From NCBI GenBank assembly GCA_964621005.1, contig CAZUIF010000010.1, positions 43,368-107,367 of the forward strand: a DNA stretch of 64,000 bases, read 5' to 3'. The stretch comes from an uncultured Rikenella sp. Its GTDB lineage: Bacteria > Bacteroidota > Bacteroidia > Bacteroidales > VadinHA17. Of this stretch, positions 52,537-61,965 are shown piece by piece (within the stretch, counting starts at the first letter, position 1; the number at the start of each line of letters is the position of its first letter). The notes beneath the pieces were generated by a model, which was not told the DNA's origin, searched no databases, and saw nothing but the letters and a program-made list of their open reading frames with translations. The translations under genes were made by a program, and so were the position numbers.

Positions 52537-53432
52537 AGATCGGACCACTGGAATTCCGCAATCCGGTCATCCTTGCCTCCGGAACATGCGGCTACGGAGC
52601 TGAGCTGGAAGATTTCACGGACCTCTCAGAACTCGGTGGCATAATCGTAAAAGGCACTACTCTTGAACCCAGGGAAGGAAATCCCTACCCACGTATGGCA
52701 GAGACAGCATCCGGGATGCTGAATGCCGTCGGATTGCAAAACAAGGGTATCGACTATTTCGAGAAGAACATTTATCCTCATCTTGCTGAATATGATACAC
52801 ATGTGATTGTCAATGTAAACGGCAACACTATCGAGGACTACGTAGAGCTGTCTCGCCGGCTCGATGCTCTGGCAGCTATTCCGGCCATTGAGCTCAATAT
52901 CTCATGTCCGAATGTCAAGAAAGGGGGTATGATCTTCGGTACCAATCCGGCCTCAGCCCGCGAGGTTATTTCGGCTGTCCGGAAAGTTTATCACAAAACA
53001 CTCATTGTCAAACTCTCACCGAACGTGACTGATATCGTTGAGTTTGCCAGGATCTCTGAGGAGGAGGGTGCGGAGGCAGTCTCTCTTGTCAATACACTGC
53101 TTGGCATGGCCATTGATGCCAGGACCATGAAACCGAAGCTCTCCACTGTAACAGGCGGACTGTCTGGTCCGGCCATCAAGCCCGTGGCCCTCAGGATGGT
53201 ATGGCAGGTGGCAAGGGCAGTCAGGATTCCGGTTATCGGGCTGGGTGGAATTATGAATGCCGAGGATGCCATAGAGTTTATCCTCGCCGGGGCCACCGCG
53301 ATCCAGGCCGGAACAGTATCATTCATTGATCCCCGCGCCGGCGCATCGATAGTAAATGGGATCGAAAAATACCTTGTTGAAAAAGAATTCGACTCTGTCA
53401 GCAGAATTACAGGACTTATAAATAGGAATTGA
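52518..53432 (+). CDS. pyrD: Dihydroorotate dehydrogenase (NAD+), catalytic subunit
   Basis: [41 protein letters not shown]. Confidence 0.96.
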   Translation: MADLRIKIGPLEFRNPVILASGTCGYGAELEDFTDLSELGGIIVKGTTLEPREGNPYPRMAETASGMLNAVGLQNKGIDYFEKNIYPHLAEYDTHVIVNVNGNTIEDYVELSRRLDALAAIPAIELNISCPNVKKGGMIFGTNPASAREVISAVRKVYHKTLIVKLSPNVTDIVEFARISEEEGAEAVSLVNTLLGMAIDARTMKPKLSTVTGGLSGPAIKPVALRMVWQVARAVRIPVIGLGGIMNAEDAIEFILAGATAIQAGTVSFIDPRAGASIVNGIEKYLVEKEFDSVSRITGLINRN

Positions 53433-53445
53433 ATCCGGTTTGCTT

Positions 53446-53453
53446 TAAATTTG
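53446..53453 (+). promoter_or_regulatory. -7 promoter element for the Lrp/AsnC regulator
   Basis: TAAATTTG matches TAnnTTTG. Confidence 0.55.
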
Positions 53454-53503
53454 TAACTTTAGAGGCAAAATAATATTCAATGACTAAATAATAGAAAGTA
53501 ATC

Positions 53504-53974
53504 ATGACAGAAAATTTGCAAATTGACAATCTGGACAGAAAGATCCTGGACATCATAACCAAGAACGCAAGGATACCGTATCTCGAGGTAGCGCGTGACT
53601 GCAATGTTTCAGGAGCGGCAATCCATCAGAGGGTCCAGAGGCTGATCAGGATCGGTGTAATCAAGGGATCTGAATTCAAGGTTGATCCTATCATGGTAGG
53701 GTTCAGGACATGTGCGTATATAGGTCTTTATCTTGATAATCCGGGCAAATACAAGGAAGTGATTAACAGGCTCAAGGATATTCCTGAAGTAATTGAATGT
53801 CATTATACTACAGGCAACTACTCTCTCTTCATAAAAGTTTACACACGCGACAACGAGCATCTCCGCGAAGTGCTTACAGAGAAGATCCAGGCAATTCCCG
53901 GCGTGATGCGCACAGAGACACTTATATCGCTCGAGGAGTCGATAAGCAGGCAGATACCGGTGCTTTCAAAATAA
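53504..53974 (+). CDS. Lrp/AsnC family transcriptional regulator
   Basis: LDRKIL...NARIPY...HQRVQRL HTH; ECHYTTGNY effector domain. Confidence 0.93.
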   Translation: MTENLQIDNLDRKILDIITKNARIPYLEVARDCNVSGAAIHQRVQRLIRIGVIKGSEFKVDPIMVGFRTCAYIGLYLDNPGKYKEVINRLKDIPEVIECHYTTGNYSLFIKVYTRDNEHLREVLTEKIQAIPGVMRTETLISLEESISRQIPVLSK

Positions 53975-54002
53975 CCGGGGAGAAACTGCCAGGGAAATAC
54001 AG

Positions 54003-54034
54003 GGGGCTGCCATTGATGACAGCCCTTCTTTTTT
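54003..54034 (+). terminator. Probable intrinsic terminator after the Lrp/AsnC gene
   Basis: GGGCTG/CAGCCC stem followed by TTCTTTTTT. Confidence 0.55.
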
Positions 54035-54098
54035 CCCGGTGGGCAATTTTAGCGAAGGTGCCGGCATGCAGGGTAGCGGGTTCGGGCATTTATCAAAT

Positions 54099-54120
54099 AA
54101 AAAAGCAGCCTTCCGGCTGC
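54099..54120 (-). terminator. Intrinsic terminator of tRNA-Lys
   Basis: GCAGCC/GGCTGC stem followed by U6 on the minus strand. Confidence 0.75.
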
Positions 54121-54125
54121 CTCTG

Positions 54126-54198
54126 TGATCCAGCTGGGGCTCGAACCCAGGACCCCATCCTTAAAAGGGATGTGCTCTACCAGCTGAGCTACTGAATC
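54126..54198 (-). tRNA. tRNA-Lys(TTT), CCA not encoded
   Basis: GATTCAG/CTGGATC acceptor stem, CATCC-CTTTTAA-GGATG anticodon arm, GGTTCGAG T-loop; TACATTTG promoter at 54218-54225. Confidence 0.95.
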
Positions 54199-54343
54199 AG
54201 TCCATTTTTTGAGAGTGCAAATGTAGGGCAAAAAAAAATTCTATCAAAAAAAATTGTTCACTTTTGCCAAAAATTGCAAAAATTTAACTCTTGCTGCCGC
54301 AAAGGGTAAAATCTCATTATATTTATCATCCATCAGACAGCAA

Positions 54344-55165
54344 ATGAGACGCAATATCTTCCGCGATAAAGTTGTGATTGTCACCGGTGCTTCCTCAGGC
54401 ATAGGCAGGGCTACCGCACTGGAATTCGCCCGTCAGGGCAGCAGGGTGGTACTGGCCGCCAGGTCAGCTGAAAGACTGGCAGAACTGGAGAAGGAAATAT
54501 CCGCTTTGGGAGCTGAGGCACTTACCTGTGTGACTGACGTTGCAAATGAAGAGGATTGCCGCCGGCTGATAGAGAAAACTGTTGAAAGATTCGGCACCAT
54601 TCATATCCTGATCAATAATGCCGGAATCTCTATGAGAGCTTTATTTGATGATGTTGATATTGCTGTTTTAAAACGACTTATGGATGTGAACTTCTGGGGT
54701 ACAGTCTACTGTACCAGGTATGCTCTTCCATACATCGTTAAAAACAGGGGTTCAATTGTGGGCGTCTCTTCAACGGCAGGATTCCACGGGCTTCCGGGGC
54801 GTACAGGTTATTCCGCTTCCAAGTTTGCCATTCACGGGTTCCTGGAAACGATCAGGATCGAAAACCTGAAGGAAAAACTCCATGTGATGATAATCGCCCC
54901 CGGATTCACCACCTCTGAGGTGCGCAGGCATGCACTCCTCGCCGACGGAACCGAACAGGGCAACTCCCCGAGGGAAGAAAAGAAGATGATGTCTCCTGAG
55001 TTTGTGGCACGCTGGGTTCTAAAAGGCATCCGTAAAAAGAAGCGGAACAAGATCATGACCTGGACAGGCAGATTTACTGCATTGCTGCAGAGGATAATCC
55101 CGGCAGTGGTCGACTACGTTTATTACCTCGAAATGAAGAGGGAGCCTAATTCACCGCTCAAATAA
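54344..55165 (+). CDS. Short-chain dehydrogenase/reductase
   Basis: TGASSGIG, INNAG, YSASK; start placed at MRRNIF. Confidence 0.92.
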   Translation: MRRNIFRDKVVIVTGASSGIGRATALEFARQGSRVVLAARSAERLAELEKEISALGAEALTCVTDVANEEDCRRLIEKTVERFGTIHILINNAGISMRALFDDVDIAVLKRLMDVNFWGTVYCTRYALPYIVKNRGSIVGVSSTAGFHGLPGRTGYSASKFAIHGFLETIRIENLKEKLHVMIIAPGFTTSEVRRHALLADGTEQGNSPREEKKMMSPEFVARWVLKGIRKKKRNKIMTWTGRFTALLQRIIPAVVDYVYYLEMKREPNSPLK

Positions 55166-55170
55166 ATACC

Positions 55171-57342
55171 ATGGCTGAACTGGCAGCACAGATACGCAGC
55201 AGGCAGAGCCTGGTGCTCAAAGCCCTTCCCGGCCCCGTCTCCGAGACGGATAAAAGACTTCTTGCCCAGGCCACCGAAATAGCAAAGATCAGTTACTCGG
55301 CTGATAATAAATACCTTGGTGAGCCGCTGCCTCTTTATTATCTTGAACTTGCAAGGCTTACCGTCTCTGCCATAGGCCTCAACCTCCCTGCAGCAATCAG
55401 TGCACTGCTGTCAGGCGTCAGGGAGAATACTGACGGCTGGGCAATGATCGAAGAGCTTGGCGACCCTACCATCAGGGAGGTGATCAAAGGGCTTTCTCGG
55501 GTCACAGCACTGAAAGGGAGGGACTTCACAGGACAGGCCGAGAACTTCCGTAAGCTGCTTCTCTCTCTCGCGGATGACGGAAGGGTGATACTCATCGCCC
55601 TGGCAGAGAGACTCCTCCTGATGCGACGCCTCGACTGGCTGCCGGAGAAGGAGCGACTGCCTCTCGCATCAGAGACCTATTTCCTCTTCGCGCCACTGGC
55701 GCACAGGCTTGGTTATTACAACATCAAGTCAGAAATGGAAGACCTGGCAATGAAACTCATGGAGCCTTCCGAGTACAATGAGATTGAAGCCAGGCTGAAA
55801 CAGACAGTAACCTCCAGGAACAGGCTTATAAAGGAATTCTCACAGCCTGTGACAGAGAAGCTCGATGCCCTCGGAATAAAGTATGAACTCAAGAGCCGCA
55901 CAAAATCAATTCACTCTATCTGGCAGAAAATGAAGCGCCAGGGGGTGGCGTTCGAGGAGGTTTTTGACATATTTGCAATCAGGATAATCATTGATGCCGA
56001 TCAGGCCCATGAAAAATCATCGTGCTGGCAGGTTTACTCGGTGGTGACCGACCTCTACCAGCCTGACCCGAGCAGGATGCGCGACTGGATATCGGTTCCC
56101 AAGACAAACGGTTATGAATCGCTCCATACTACCGTGGTGACACCTGCAGGAAGGTGGGTTGAAGTACAGATACGCACAAGGCGGATGGATGAGATCGCCG
56201 AGAAGGGCCTTGCTGCACACTTCAGGTACAAGGGGATCAGGGGTGAAGGCGGGCTCGATACCTGGATGGCGCAGATGCGCGAAGTGCTGGGAACCGTTGA
56301 AAAGGAGGGAAGCGATTTCCTTGGAGAGATAAGACCAGGGCTCTATTCCGACGAAGTCTTTGTTTTCACACCAAAGGGAGAGGTACGGCAGTTGCCCGTG
56401 GGTGCAACACTGCTTGACTTCGCCTTTGACATTCATACTGAGGTAGGCTCCAAATGCATCGGCGGAAAGATCAACGGGCGGAATGTCCAGCTGAAACAAA
56501 AGCTTCAGAATGGTGATCATGTGTCTGTCATCACCTCGTCAAAGCAGTCCCCGAAACGCGACTGGCTGGCGTTTGTGATCACCAACAAGGCCCGGACGAA
56601 AATCAAACAGGCTCTTAATGAGGAGAAGTTCAGGCTTGCCGCCGACGGCAAGGAGATGCTCACCCGCAGGCTGAAGAACTGGAAGATTCCCTACGGTGAT
56701 GCGACTGTCGTCAAGCTGCTGACAGAGTACGGTTTCAAGACATCGCAGGATCTCTATTTCAGTATCGCCATAGGCGAAATGGATCTTCTTCAGATAAAGA
56801 AGGTACTTCTCCGGTCCGAAGAACAGCCTGAGGAAGAGCCCACCAGGACTCCCGAACTGCATCCCCAGGAAGAAACAGGTGGTGGTACTGACTATCTTGT
56901 TATAGATGAAAGAGTTGAAGGGCTTGATTATAAGTTGGCCAAATGCTGTAACCCGGTCTTTGGCGACCGCATTTTCGGTTTTGTAACCGTACTTGAGGGG
57001 ATTAAGATACACAGGGCAACATGTCCGAATGCTGATTTCATGATATCGAGCTTCCCGTACAGGGTTGTGAGAGCCCGTTGGACAAGGCTTGACTCTTCAA
57101 GGGGATTCCTCAGCACCGTGAAGCTGACGGGGGTGGAGAACCTGGGAATAGTTGCCCGTATCACCGAGATCCTTTCCGAATATAAGACAGTGTCAGTCAA
57201 GAACTTCACTTACAGCATGAACAACGGCCTCTTTGAAGGACGGATGGAACTGCTTGTGCCGAACATCAACGTCCTTTACGGCATTATTAAGAAGATTCAG
57301 TCGGTAAAGGGTATCACCCGGGTGACGAGGGTGGAGGGATAA
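55171..57342 (+). CDS. Long RelA/SpoT homolog with degenerate HD hydrolase
   Basis: Synthetase motifs (RTKSIHSI, KTNGYESLHT, EVQIRT), TGS, CC.P..GD and ACT domains; LLSGV replaces LLHDV. Confidence 0.92.
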   Translation: MAELAAQIRSRQSLVLKALPGPVSETDKRLLAQATEIAKISYSADNKYLGEPLPLYYLELARLTVSAIGLNLPAAISALLSGVRENTDGWAMIEELGDPTIREVIKGLSRVTALKGRDFTGQAENFRKLLLSLADDGRVILIALAERLLLMRRLDWLPEKERLPLASETYFLFAPLAHRLGYYNIKSEMEDLAMKLMEPSEYNEIEARLKQTVTSRNRLIKEFSQPVTEKLDALGIKYELKSRTKSIHSIWQKMKRQGVAFEEVFDIFAIRIIIDADQAHEKSSCWQVYSVVTDLYQPDPSRMRDWISVPKTNGYESLHTTVVTPAGRWVEVQIRTRRMDEIAEKGLAAHFRYKGIRGEGGLDTWMAQMREVLGTVEKEGSDFLGEIRPGLYSDEVFVFTPKGEVRQLPVGATLLDFAFDIHTEVGSKCIGGKINGRNVQLKQKLQNGDHVSVITSSKQSPKRDWLAFVITNKARTKIKQALNEEKFRLAADGKEMLTRRLKNWKIPYGDATVVKLLTEYGFKTSQDLYFSIAIGEMDLLQIKKVLLRSEEQPEEEPTRTPELHPQEETGGGTDYLVIDERVEGLDYKLAKCCNPVFGDRIFGFVTVLEGIKIHRATCPNADFMISSFPYRVVRARWTRLDSSRGFLSTVKLTGVENLGIVARITEILSEYKTVSVKNFTYSMNNGLFEGRMELLVPNINVLYGIIKKIQSVKGITRVTRVEG

Positions 57343-57344
57343 CT

Positions 57345-57443
57345 TAGGCAGTAGGCAAGAGGCAATAGGCATTAGTGTTGACAACGGATCAAGTAATGGA
57401 ATGGTTATCAATCATTTCACTACTGCCTACTGCCTATTGCCTG
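57345..57443. repeat. Heptamer-armed miniature element D
   Basis: TAGGCAG TAGGCAA GAGGCAA TAGGCAT TAGTG, 40 nt core starting TTGACA, then CACTACT GCCTACT GCCTATT GCCTG. Confidence 0.85.
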
Positions 57444-57448
57444 ACTGA

Positions 57449-60376
57449 TTAATACCTCGGATCAGGCCGGACGGGCAGTTTTGCCATCTTTTCCACTTCA
57501 ACGGTTGTATAGCCGAACTCCTCAACCACTTTTCCCTGTATGAGATAGGTACCGCTGCCGCGGAAAGGCCATCCGTTCAGCGACTGCGGGAAATGGGTCG
57601 TGTCAAAGAACTCCCCGTCACTGTCGATGAAACACCCGAAGTTCATCCACTCACGTTTGACAGTTTTTATGTATTTGACAGTCACCAGGTGACCCACCAT
57701 CCTCACCCGGCGGCCCACGGCCTCCTTCATGCCGGCGGCTGTCACATCACCCCTGTACTTCGTCTGCAGTATGTCAAACCATGTCAGTGTCACGGGAAAA
57801 CCGAGGAGTTCAATCTCGTCATAGGCATCCTCAAGCTTCGACTGCTCGAAGGGAGGCATGGAGAATCGCTTCGGCTCAGGATTGAAAAGGGTGCGTGCTG
57901 TCTCGCTCTTGCCCCTGTTGATAAGCATGTGAGCCTCCCAGAGCAGCAGCGCCTTGCTCTTCCCGGTGAACCGGAATGCACCCGTACGGATCAGTATTAC
58001 GGTCTGTTCCAGACCCGGACCAATACGTGAGATGAAATTATCTATATCCTTGAAATTCCCCCCTTTATTGCGTTCAACAATGATAGCTTTTGCCAGGTTT
58101 GTCTCCAGGCCCTGGATGTGGATCAGTCCGATAAAGATGGAGGTTCCGTATATGGTTGTTTTATATGTGCTTCGGTTGATGCAGGGTGCTTCAATGATTG
58201 CTCCCTCGCGGCGGGCTTCCTGCACATACACCCATGTGCGGTAGAATCCTCCGAAGTTGTTGATGACGGCCACCATGAACTCCAGGGGGTAGTGTGCCTT
58301 CAGCCACAGGCTCTGGAAGCTCTCCACGGCATAGGAGGCGGAGTGTGCCTTGGAGAAGGAGTAGCCGGCAAACGACTCTATCTGGCGCCACACTTCCTTT
58401 GTGATCTTCTCGGGATATCCTTTTTCCAGGCAGTTGCTGAAAAAGCGTTCGGTGATCTTCTGCATCTCCTTCCTCGAGCGGTACTTGCCGCTCATGGCAC
58501 GCCGGAGTGTGTCAGCATCAGAGAGATCCAGGCCTGCAAAGTGGTGGCACACCTTCAGCACATCCTCCTGGTAAACCATTACCCCGAATGTCTCGCTGAG
58601 AAGATCCTTCATTACGGGATGGATATACTCAAAGTTATCAGGATGGTGGAACCGGTATATGAACTGCCGCATCATCCCCGAGCGGGCAACACCCGGCCTG
58701 ATGACAGAGCTGGCCGCCACAAGAGTCAGGTAATCATCACATCTGAGCTTCTGCAGCAGTCCCCGCATCGAGGGACTCTCAATGTAAAAACAGCCCTTGG
58801 CGTCGCCACGGCGCAGGTGATCCTTCACAACCGGGTCATTCTTGAACTGTTGTATTGCGTGCACATCTACATCCACACCGCGGTTGGCGCGGATAACCTC
58901 TGCGCTTTCCCTGATATGGCCTATTCCTCTCTGGCTCAGTATGTCAAGCTTCTCATAACCAAGCTCCTCAGCGGTGTACATGTCCCACTGCGTGGTAGGG
59001 AAGCCTTTCGGCGGCATGTCAAGGGCAGTATAACAGCACAGAGGCTCTTCCGATATGAGTATCCCGCCGGCATGGATGCTGCGCAGGTTTGGGAAGTCGG
59101 CGATTTTGTTGCCCGTTTCAAAGATAATATCCTGTATCTCACCGCGGTTGCTCTCGGCGGAGGGATCAGCAATCATTGCATCAATCTCGTCGACTGGCAG
59201 TCCGTGTACCTTGCCGAGTTCGCGGACTATCGACTTGCCGCGGAAGGTGTTGACGGTACCGAGGAGGGCAGTGTGACGGTGCCCGTAACGGCGGAAGATA
59301 TACTCCGTGACAGTGTCGCGTTCCTTCCATGAATAGTCTATGTCAAAGTCTGGCGGCGAGGTTCGTTTAGGGTTTATGAACCGCTCGAAGTAAAGGTTGA
59401 GGTCGATGGGGTCAACATTCGTGATCCTAAGACAGTATGCAACGACGGAGTTGGCTCCGCTGCCCCGGCCCACATGGTAGAAACCGCAGGCCATGGAGTA
59501 GCGGATGATGTCCCATGTTATGAGGAAGTATGCCGAGAAACCGAGGCGGTCAATTATCTCCAGTTCATGCCTCACACGTTCTTCAGCAACCTTGTTCCCG
59601 GTTCCGTAGCGGTATTTCATGCCGTCCCATGCCAGTTTCTCGAGCAGCAGCTTGTCGTCATAGCGGCTTGCCGAGTAAATCTTCTTGTTTTTTGGGGTGG
59701 TGAAGTCTATCTCAAGGGAGCAGTCGTTGAGCAGTCTGCGCGTATTTTCGATGACCTGCGGCCACATGGCGAAGGGGCGGAGAGCTTCTGCTTCAGCTAC
59801 CAGGTACTCGTCCGGGGAGGCGGTCATTTCCGGGGAGAGGCGGCTGAGGAGGGTGTTGTTGTCTACGGCGCGCAGGCTGCGGTGCACGGGGTAGTCGGCC
59901 GGCGATTCTATTGTTACGGGATGGAGGATGACACATTTCGCCAGGTCGCTCTTTTTCATTGAGATAAGGCGGCCGGCGGCGGAGGGGCGTATGCCGGTGA
60001 ACTCATTGTCACGCAGGGGATGATGGGGAGCGCCGAAGTAGATTATGTACGCGTTCGGAAAGGAGGGAGGGCGCAAGGGGAGAGGCTCCCCGCTGATATT
60101 GTGGCGGGTAAGGAACTCGTTCAGCTCGCGGAATCCCTCGTTGTTGCGTGCTATGCCTATGTAAAGCAGCCTGTTGCCGTCGCGGAACTCTATCCCGGCC
60201 GCCGGGGTGATGCTGCGGCTGCGGCACTCACGCACGAAGTCGGGTACCCCGGTAGTGTTGTTTATGTCAGTCAGCACCATCCGTTCCACACCCGCAGCCG
60301 CAGCGAGCTCAGAAAGGCGCTCGACGGAGAGGGTGCCGTAACGCAGACTGTAGTATGAGTGACAGTTTATGTACAT
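57449..60376 (-). CDS. dnaE2: Error-prone DNA polymerase III alpha subunit (DnaE2 type)
   Basis: PHP domain (HSYYSL, LTDINN), GRGSGANS, PPDFDID, DILSQRG, YSFSKAHS; 975 aa, downstream of dinB. Confidence 0.9.
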   Translation of the reverse strand: MYINCHSYYSLRYGTLSVERLSELAAAAGVERMVLTDINNTTGVPDFVRECRSRSITPAAGIEFRDGNRLLYIGIARNNEGFRELNEFLTRHNISGEPLPLRPPSFPNAYIIYFGAPHHPLRDNEFTGIRPSAAGRLISMKKSDLAKCVILHPVTIESPADYPVHRSLRAVDNNTLLSRLSPEMTASPDEYLVAEAEALRPFAMWPQVIENTRRLLNDCSLEIDFTTPKNKKIYSASRYDDKLLLEKLAWDGMKYRYGTGNKVAEERVRHELEIIDRLGFSAYFLITWDIIRYSMACGFYHVGRGSGANSVVAYCLRITNVDPIDLNLYFERFINPKRTSPPDFDIDYSWKERDTVTEYIFRRYGHRHTALLGTVNTFRGKSIVRELGKVHGLPVDEIDAMIADPSAESNRGEIQDIIFETGNKIADFPNLRSIHAGGILISEEPLCCYTALDMPPKGFPTTQWDMYTAEELGYEKLDILSQRGIGHIRESAEVIRANRGVDVDVHAIQQFKNDPVVKDHLRRGDAKGCFYIESPSMRGLLQKLRCDDYLTLVAASSVIRPGVARSGMMRQFIYRFHHPDNFEYIHPVMKDLLSETFGVMVYQEDVLKVCHHFAGLDLSDADTLRRAMSGKYRSRKEMQKITERFFSNCLEKGYPEKITKEVWRQIESFAGYSFSKAHSASYAVESFQSLWLKAHYPLEFMVAVINNFGGFYRTWVYVQEARREGAIIEAPCINRSTYKTTIYGTSIFIGLIHIQGLETNLAKAIIVERNKGGNFKDIDNFISRIGPGLEQTVILIRTGAFRFTGKSKALLLWEAHMLINRGKSETARTLFNPEPKRFSMPPFEQSKLEDAYDEIELLGFPVTLTWFDILQTKYRGDVTAAGMKEAVGRRVRMVGHLVTVKYIKTVKREWMNFGCFIDSDGEFFDTTHFPQSLNGWPFRGSGTYLIQGKVVEEFGYTTVEVEKMAKLPVRPDPRY

Positions 60377-60397
60377 TTGTCCAGTCTTCAGTCAATT

Positions 60398-60511
60398 CAG
60401 GCAGTAGGCAATAGGCAATAGGCAATAGTGTAAGTTGATGATTGCCTGGCTACTGAAGACAGCATACCGGAGACTGACATTTCCACTACTGCCTACTGCC
60501 TATTGCCTGCT
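60398..60511. repeat. Heptamer-armed miniature element E
   Basis: CAGGCAG (TAGGCAA)x3 TAGTG, 53 nt core, then CACTACT GCCTACT GCCTATT GCCTG. Confidence 0.85.
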
Positions 60512-61754
60512 AATGATAGTGCCATCCCCGTAATCTCTCCTCCATACGTGATTTTTCGGCCAGCAACTCCGTCGCCTTTCTGAGCTCGCGCTCGCTACGC
60601 TCCGCGGCGGTCATCACCCCGGCGGCCCGGCGTACGGCATAACGGCCGAAACGGCCCCGCAGGCTGTCCATTGTCATATAGAGGCTCACCATCTCGGGCG
60701 TGTCCTCAAACATGTTCAGTTGCTGCACCCCACGCACCAGGCCGCTCACCTTCACCCCGATGAGCCTGATGAGCATGCGCCGCTGCCAGAGACGCCTGAA
60801 CAGGCTCTGCGCCTCGCTGATGAGCACATGGTCAAAGGCGGTGTAGGGTATCCGCTGCTGCAGCGTGTGAGTGTCAAAATCAGAGTACCGTATCCGCACC
60901 GTGAGGCATGATGCCAGCTTCTCCTGGCGGCGCAGCTCATAGGCCAGCTTCTCGGTCATGCTCACTATCATCTGGTTGAGCATCACCGTGTCAGTGGTGT
61001 CACGGTCAAAGGTGTGCTCGGTGCTTATCGACTTCTGCTCTGAGTAGCTGATGACAGGAGTGTTGTCAATGCCATTGGCCTTCTTCCATATCTCCATGCC
61101 GTTCTGGCCCATGAGCGACTCCAGCATCTCGGCCGGGATGACACGCAGCGTATGTATCGTTGAGATGCCCATGGAGCGCAGCGTGTGATAGGTCTTCTGG
61201 CCTATCATGGGTATCTTCCTGATTGACAGCGGATCAAGGAAGGGGATCACATACTGCTGCGCCACCTCCCTCTCGCCGTTGGGCTTCGCCTCACCGGCAG
61301 CGATCTTCGAAACGGTCTTGTTGACCGAAAGCCCTATTGAGATAGGGAGCCCCGTCTCCTTAATTATAGTGTCACGCAGCTCATGTGACCAGCGGGCGCA
61401 GCCGTGAAAGCGCTCCATCCCGGTGAGATCGATGTAGTGCTCATCCACCGATGCCTTCTCATACAGTGGCGACCTCTCCGCGATTATATCGGTCACCATC
61501 CTGGAATATTTCGTGTACATCTCCATGTCACCGCGGATAAATACCGCCTCGGGGCACATGGCCCGGGCCATCTTCATCGGCATGGCCGAGCTGACTCCGA
61601 AGCTGCGTGCCTCGTAGCTGCAGCTCGAGACCACACCGCGGTCAGAGCTGCCACCGATGATCACGGGACGGCCGTTGAGCCGGCTGTCGCGGACCCTCTC
61701 CACCGACACGAAGAAGGTGTCAAGATCAAGATGCAGTATGCTCCGGGTGTCCAT
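60510..61754 (-). CDS. dinB: Y-family DNA polymerase IV
   Basis: HLDLDTFFVSVE, SYEAR, SVDE (catalytic residues intact), SKIAA; clamp-like motif QLNMF. Confidence 0.93.
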   Translation of the reverse strand: MDTRSILHLDLDTFFVSVERVRDSRLNGRPVIIGGSSDRGVVSSCSYEARSFGVSSAMPMKMARAMCPEAVFIRGDMEMYTKYSRMVTDIIAERSPLYEKASVDEHYIDLTGMERFHGCARWSHELRDTIIKETGLPISIGLSVNKTVSKIAAGEAKPNGEREVAQQYVIPFLDPLSIRKIPMIGQKTYHTLRSMGISTIHTLRVIPAEMLESLMGQNGMEIWKKANGIDNTPVISYSEQKSISTEHTFDRDTTDTVMLNQMIVSMTEKLAYELRRQEKLASCLTVRIRYSDFDTHTLQQRIPYTAFDHVLISEAQSLFRRLWQRRMLIRLIGVKVSGLVRGVQQLNMFEDTPEMVSLYMTMDSLRGRFGRYAVRRAAGVMTAAERSERELRKATELLAEKSRMEERLRGWHYH

Positions 61755-61766
61755 GGTTTAATAGTT

Positions 61767-61868
61767 CAGGCAATAGGCAGTAGGCAATAGGCAGTAGTGG
61801 GAGTCTCCGGTCTTGATTCAGTTAATGATGGCGAACTGTAGATTGCAGGCTGCTGATTGCCTGCTGCC
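61767..61868. repeat. Heptamer-armed miniature element F (degenerate right arm)
   Basis: CAGGCAA TAGGCAG TAGGCAA TAGGCAG TAGTG ... TGATTGCCTGCTGCCT. Confidence 0.75.
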
Positions 61869-61908
61869 TTTTTTTTCATTTTCTGCTTGTTATTTCAAAA
61901 ACTTAATT

Positions 61909-61956
61909 TATCTTTGATTAGAAATTAATCAAACATGTGATTACAATATAATCAAA
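61909..61956. promoter_or_regulatory. Two tandem operator boxes TGATTA-N5-TAATCA overlapping a -7 element
   Basis: TTTGATTA-gaaat-TAATCAAA (61913-61933), TGTGATTA-caata-TAATCAAA (61936-61956), TATCTTTG (61909-61916). Confidence 0.8.
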
Positions 61957-61965
61957 TTTTGTGAT

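Noticed and set aside
54126-54198. tRNA-Lys as an island integration site
   Set aside because: No integrase or duplicated tRNA 3' end seen nearby
58118-59332. 404 aa plus-strand ORF inside dnaE2
   Set aside because: Antisense shadow of a GC-rich gene; no recognisable motifs
38819-61868. Heptamer elements as a CRISPR array
   Set aside because: Copies are kilobases apart with no repeat-spacer periodicity and no cas genes
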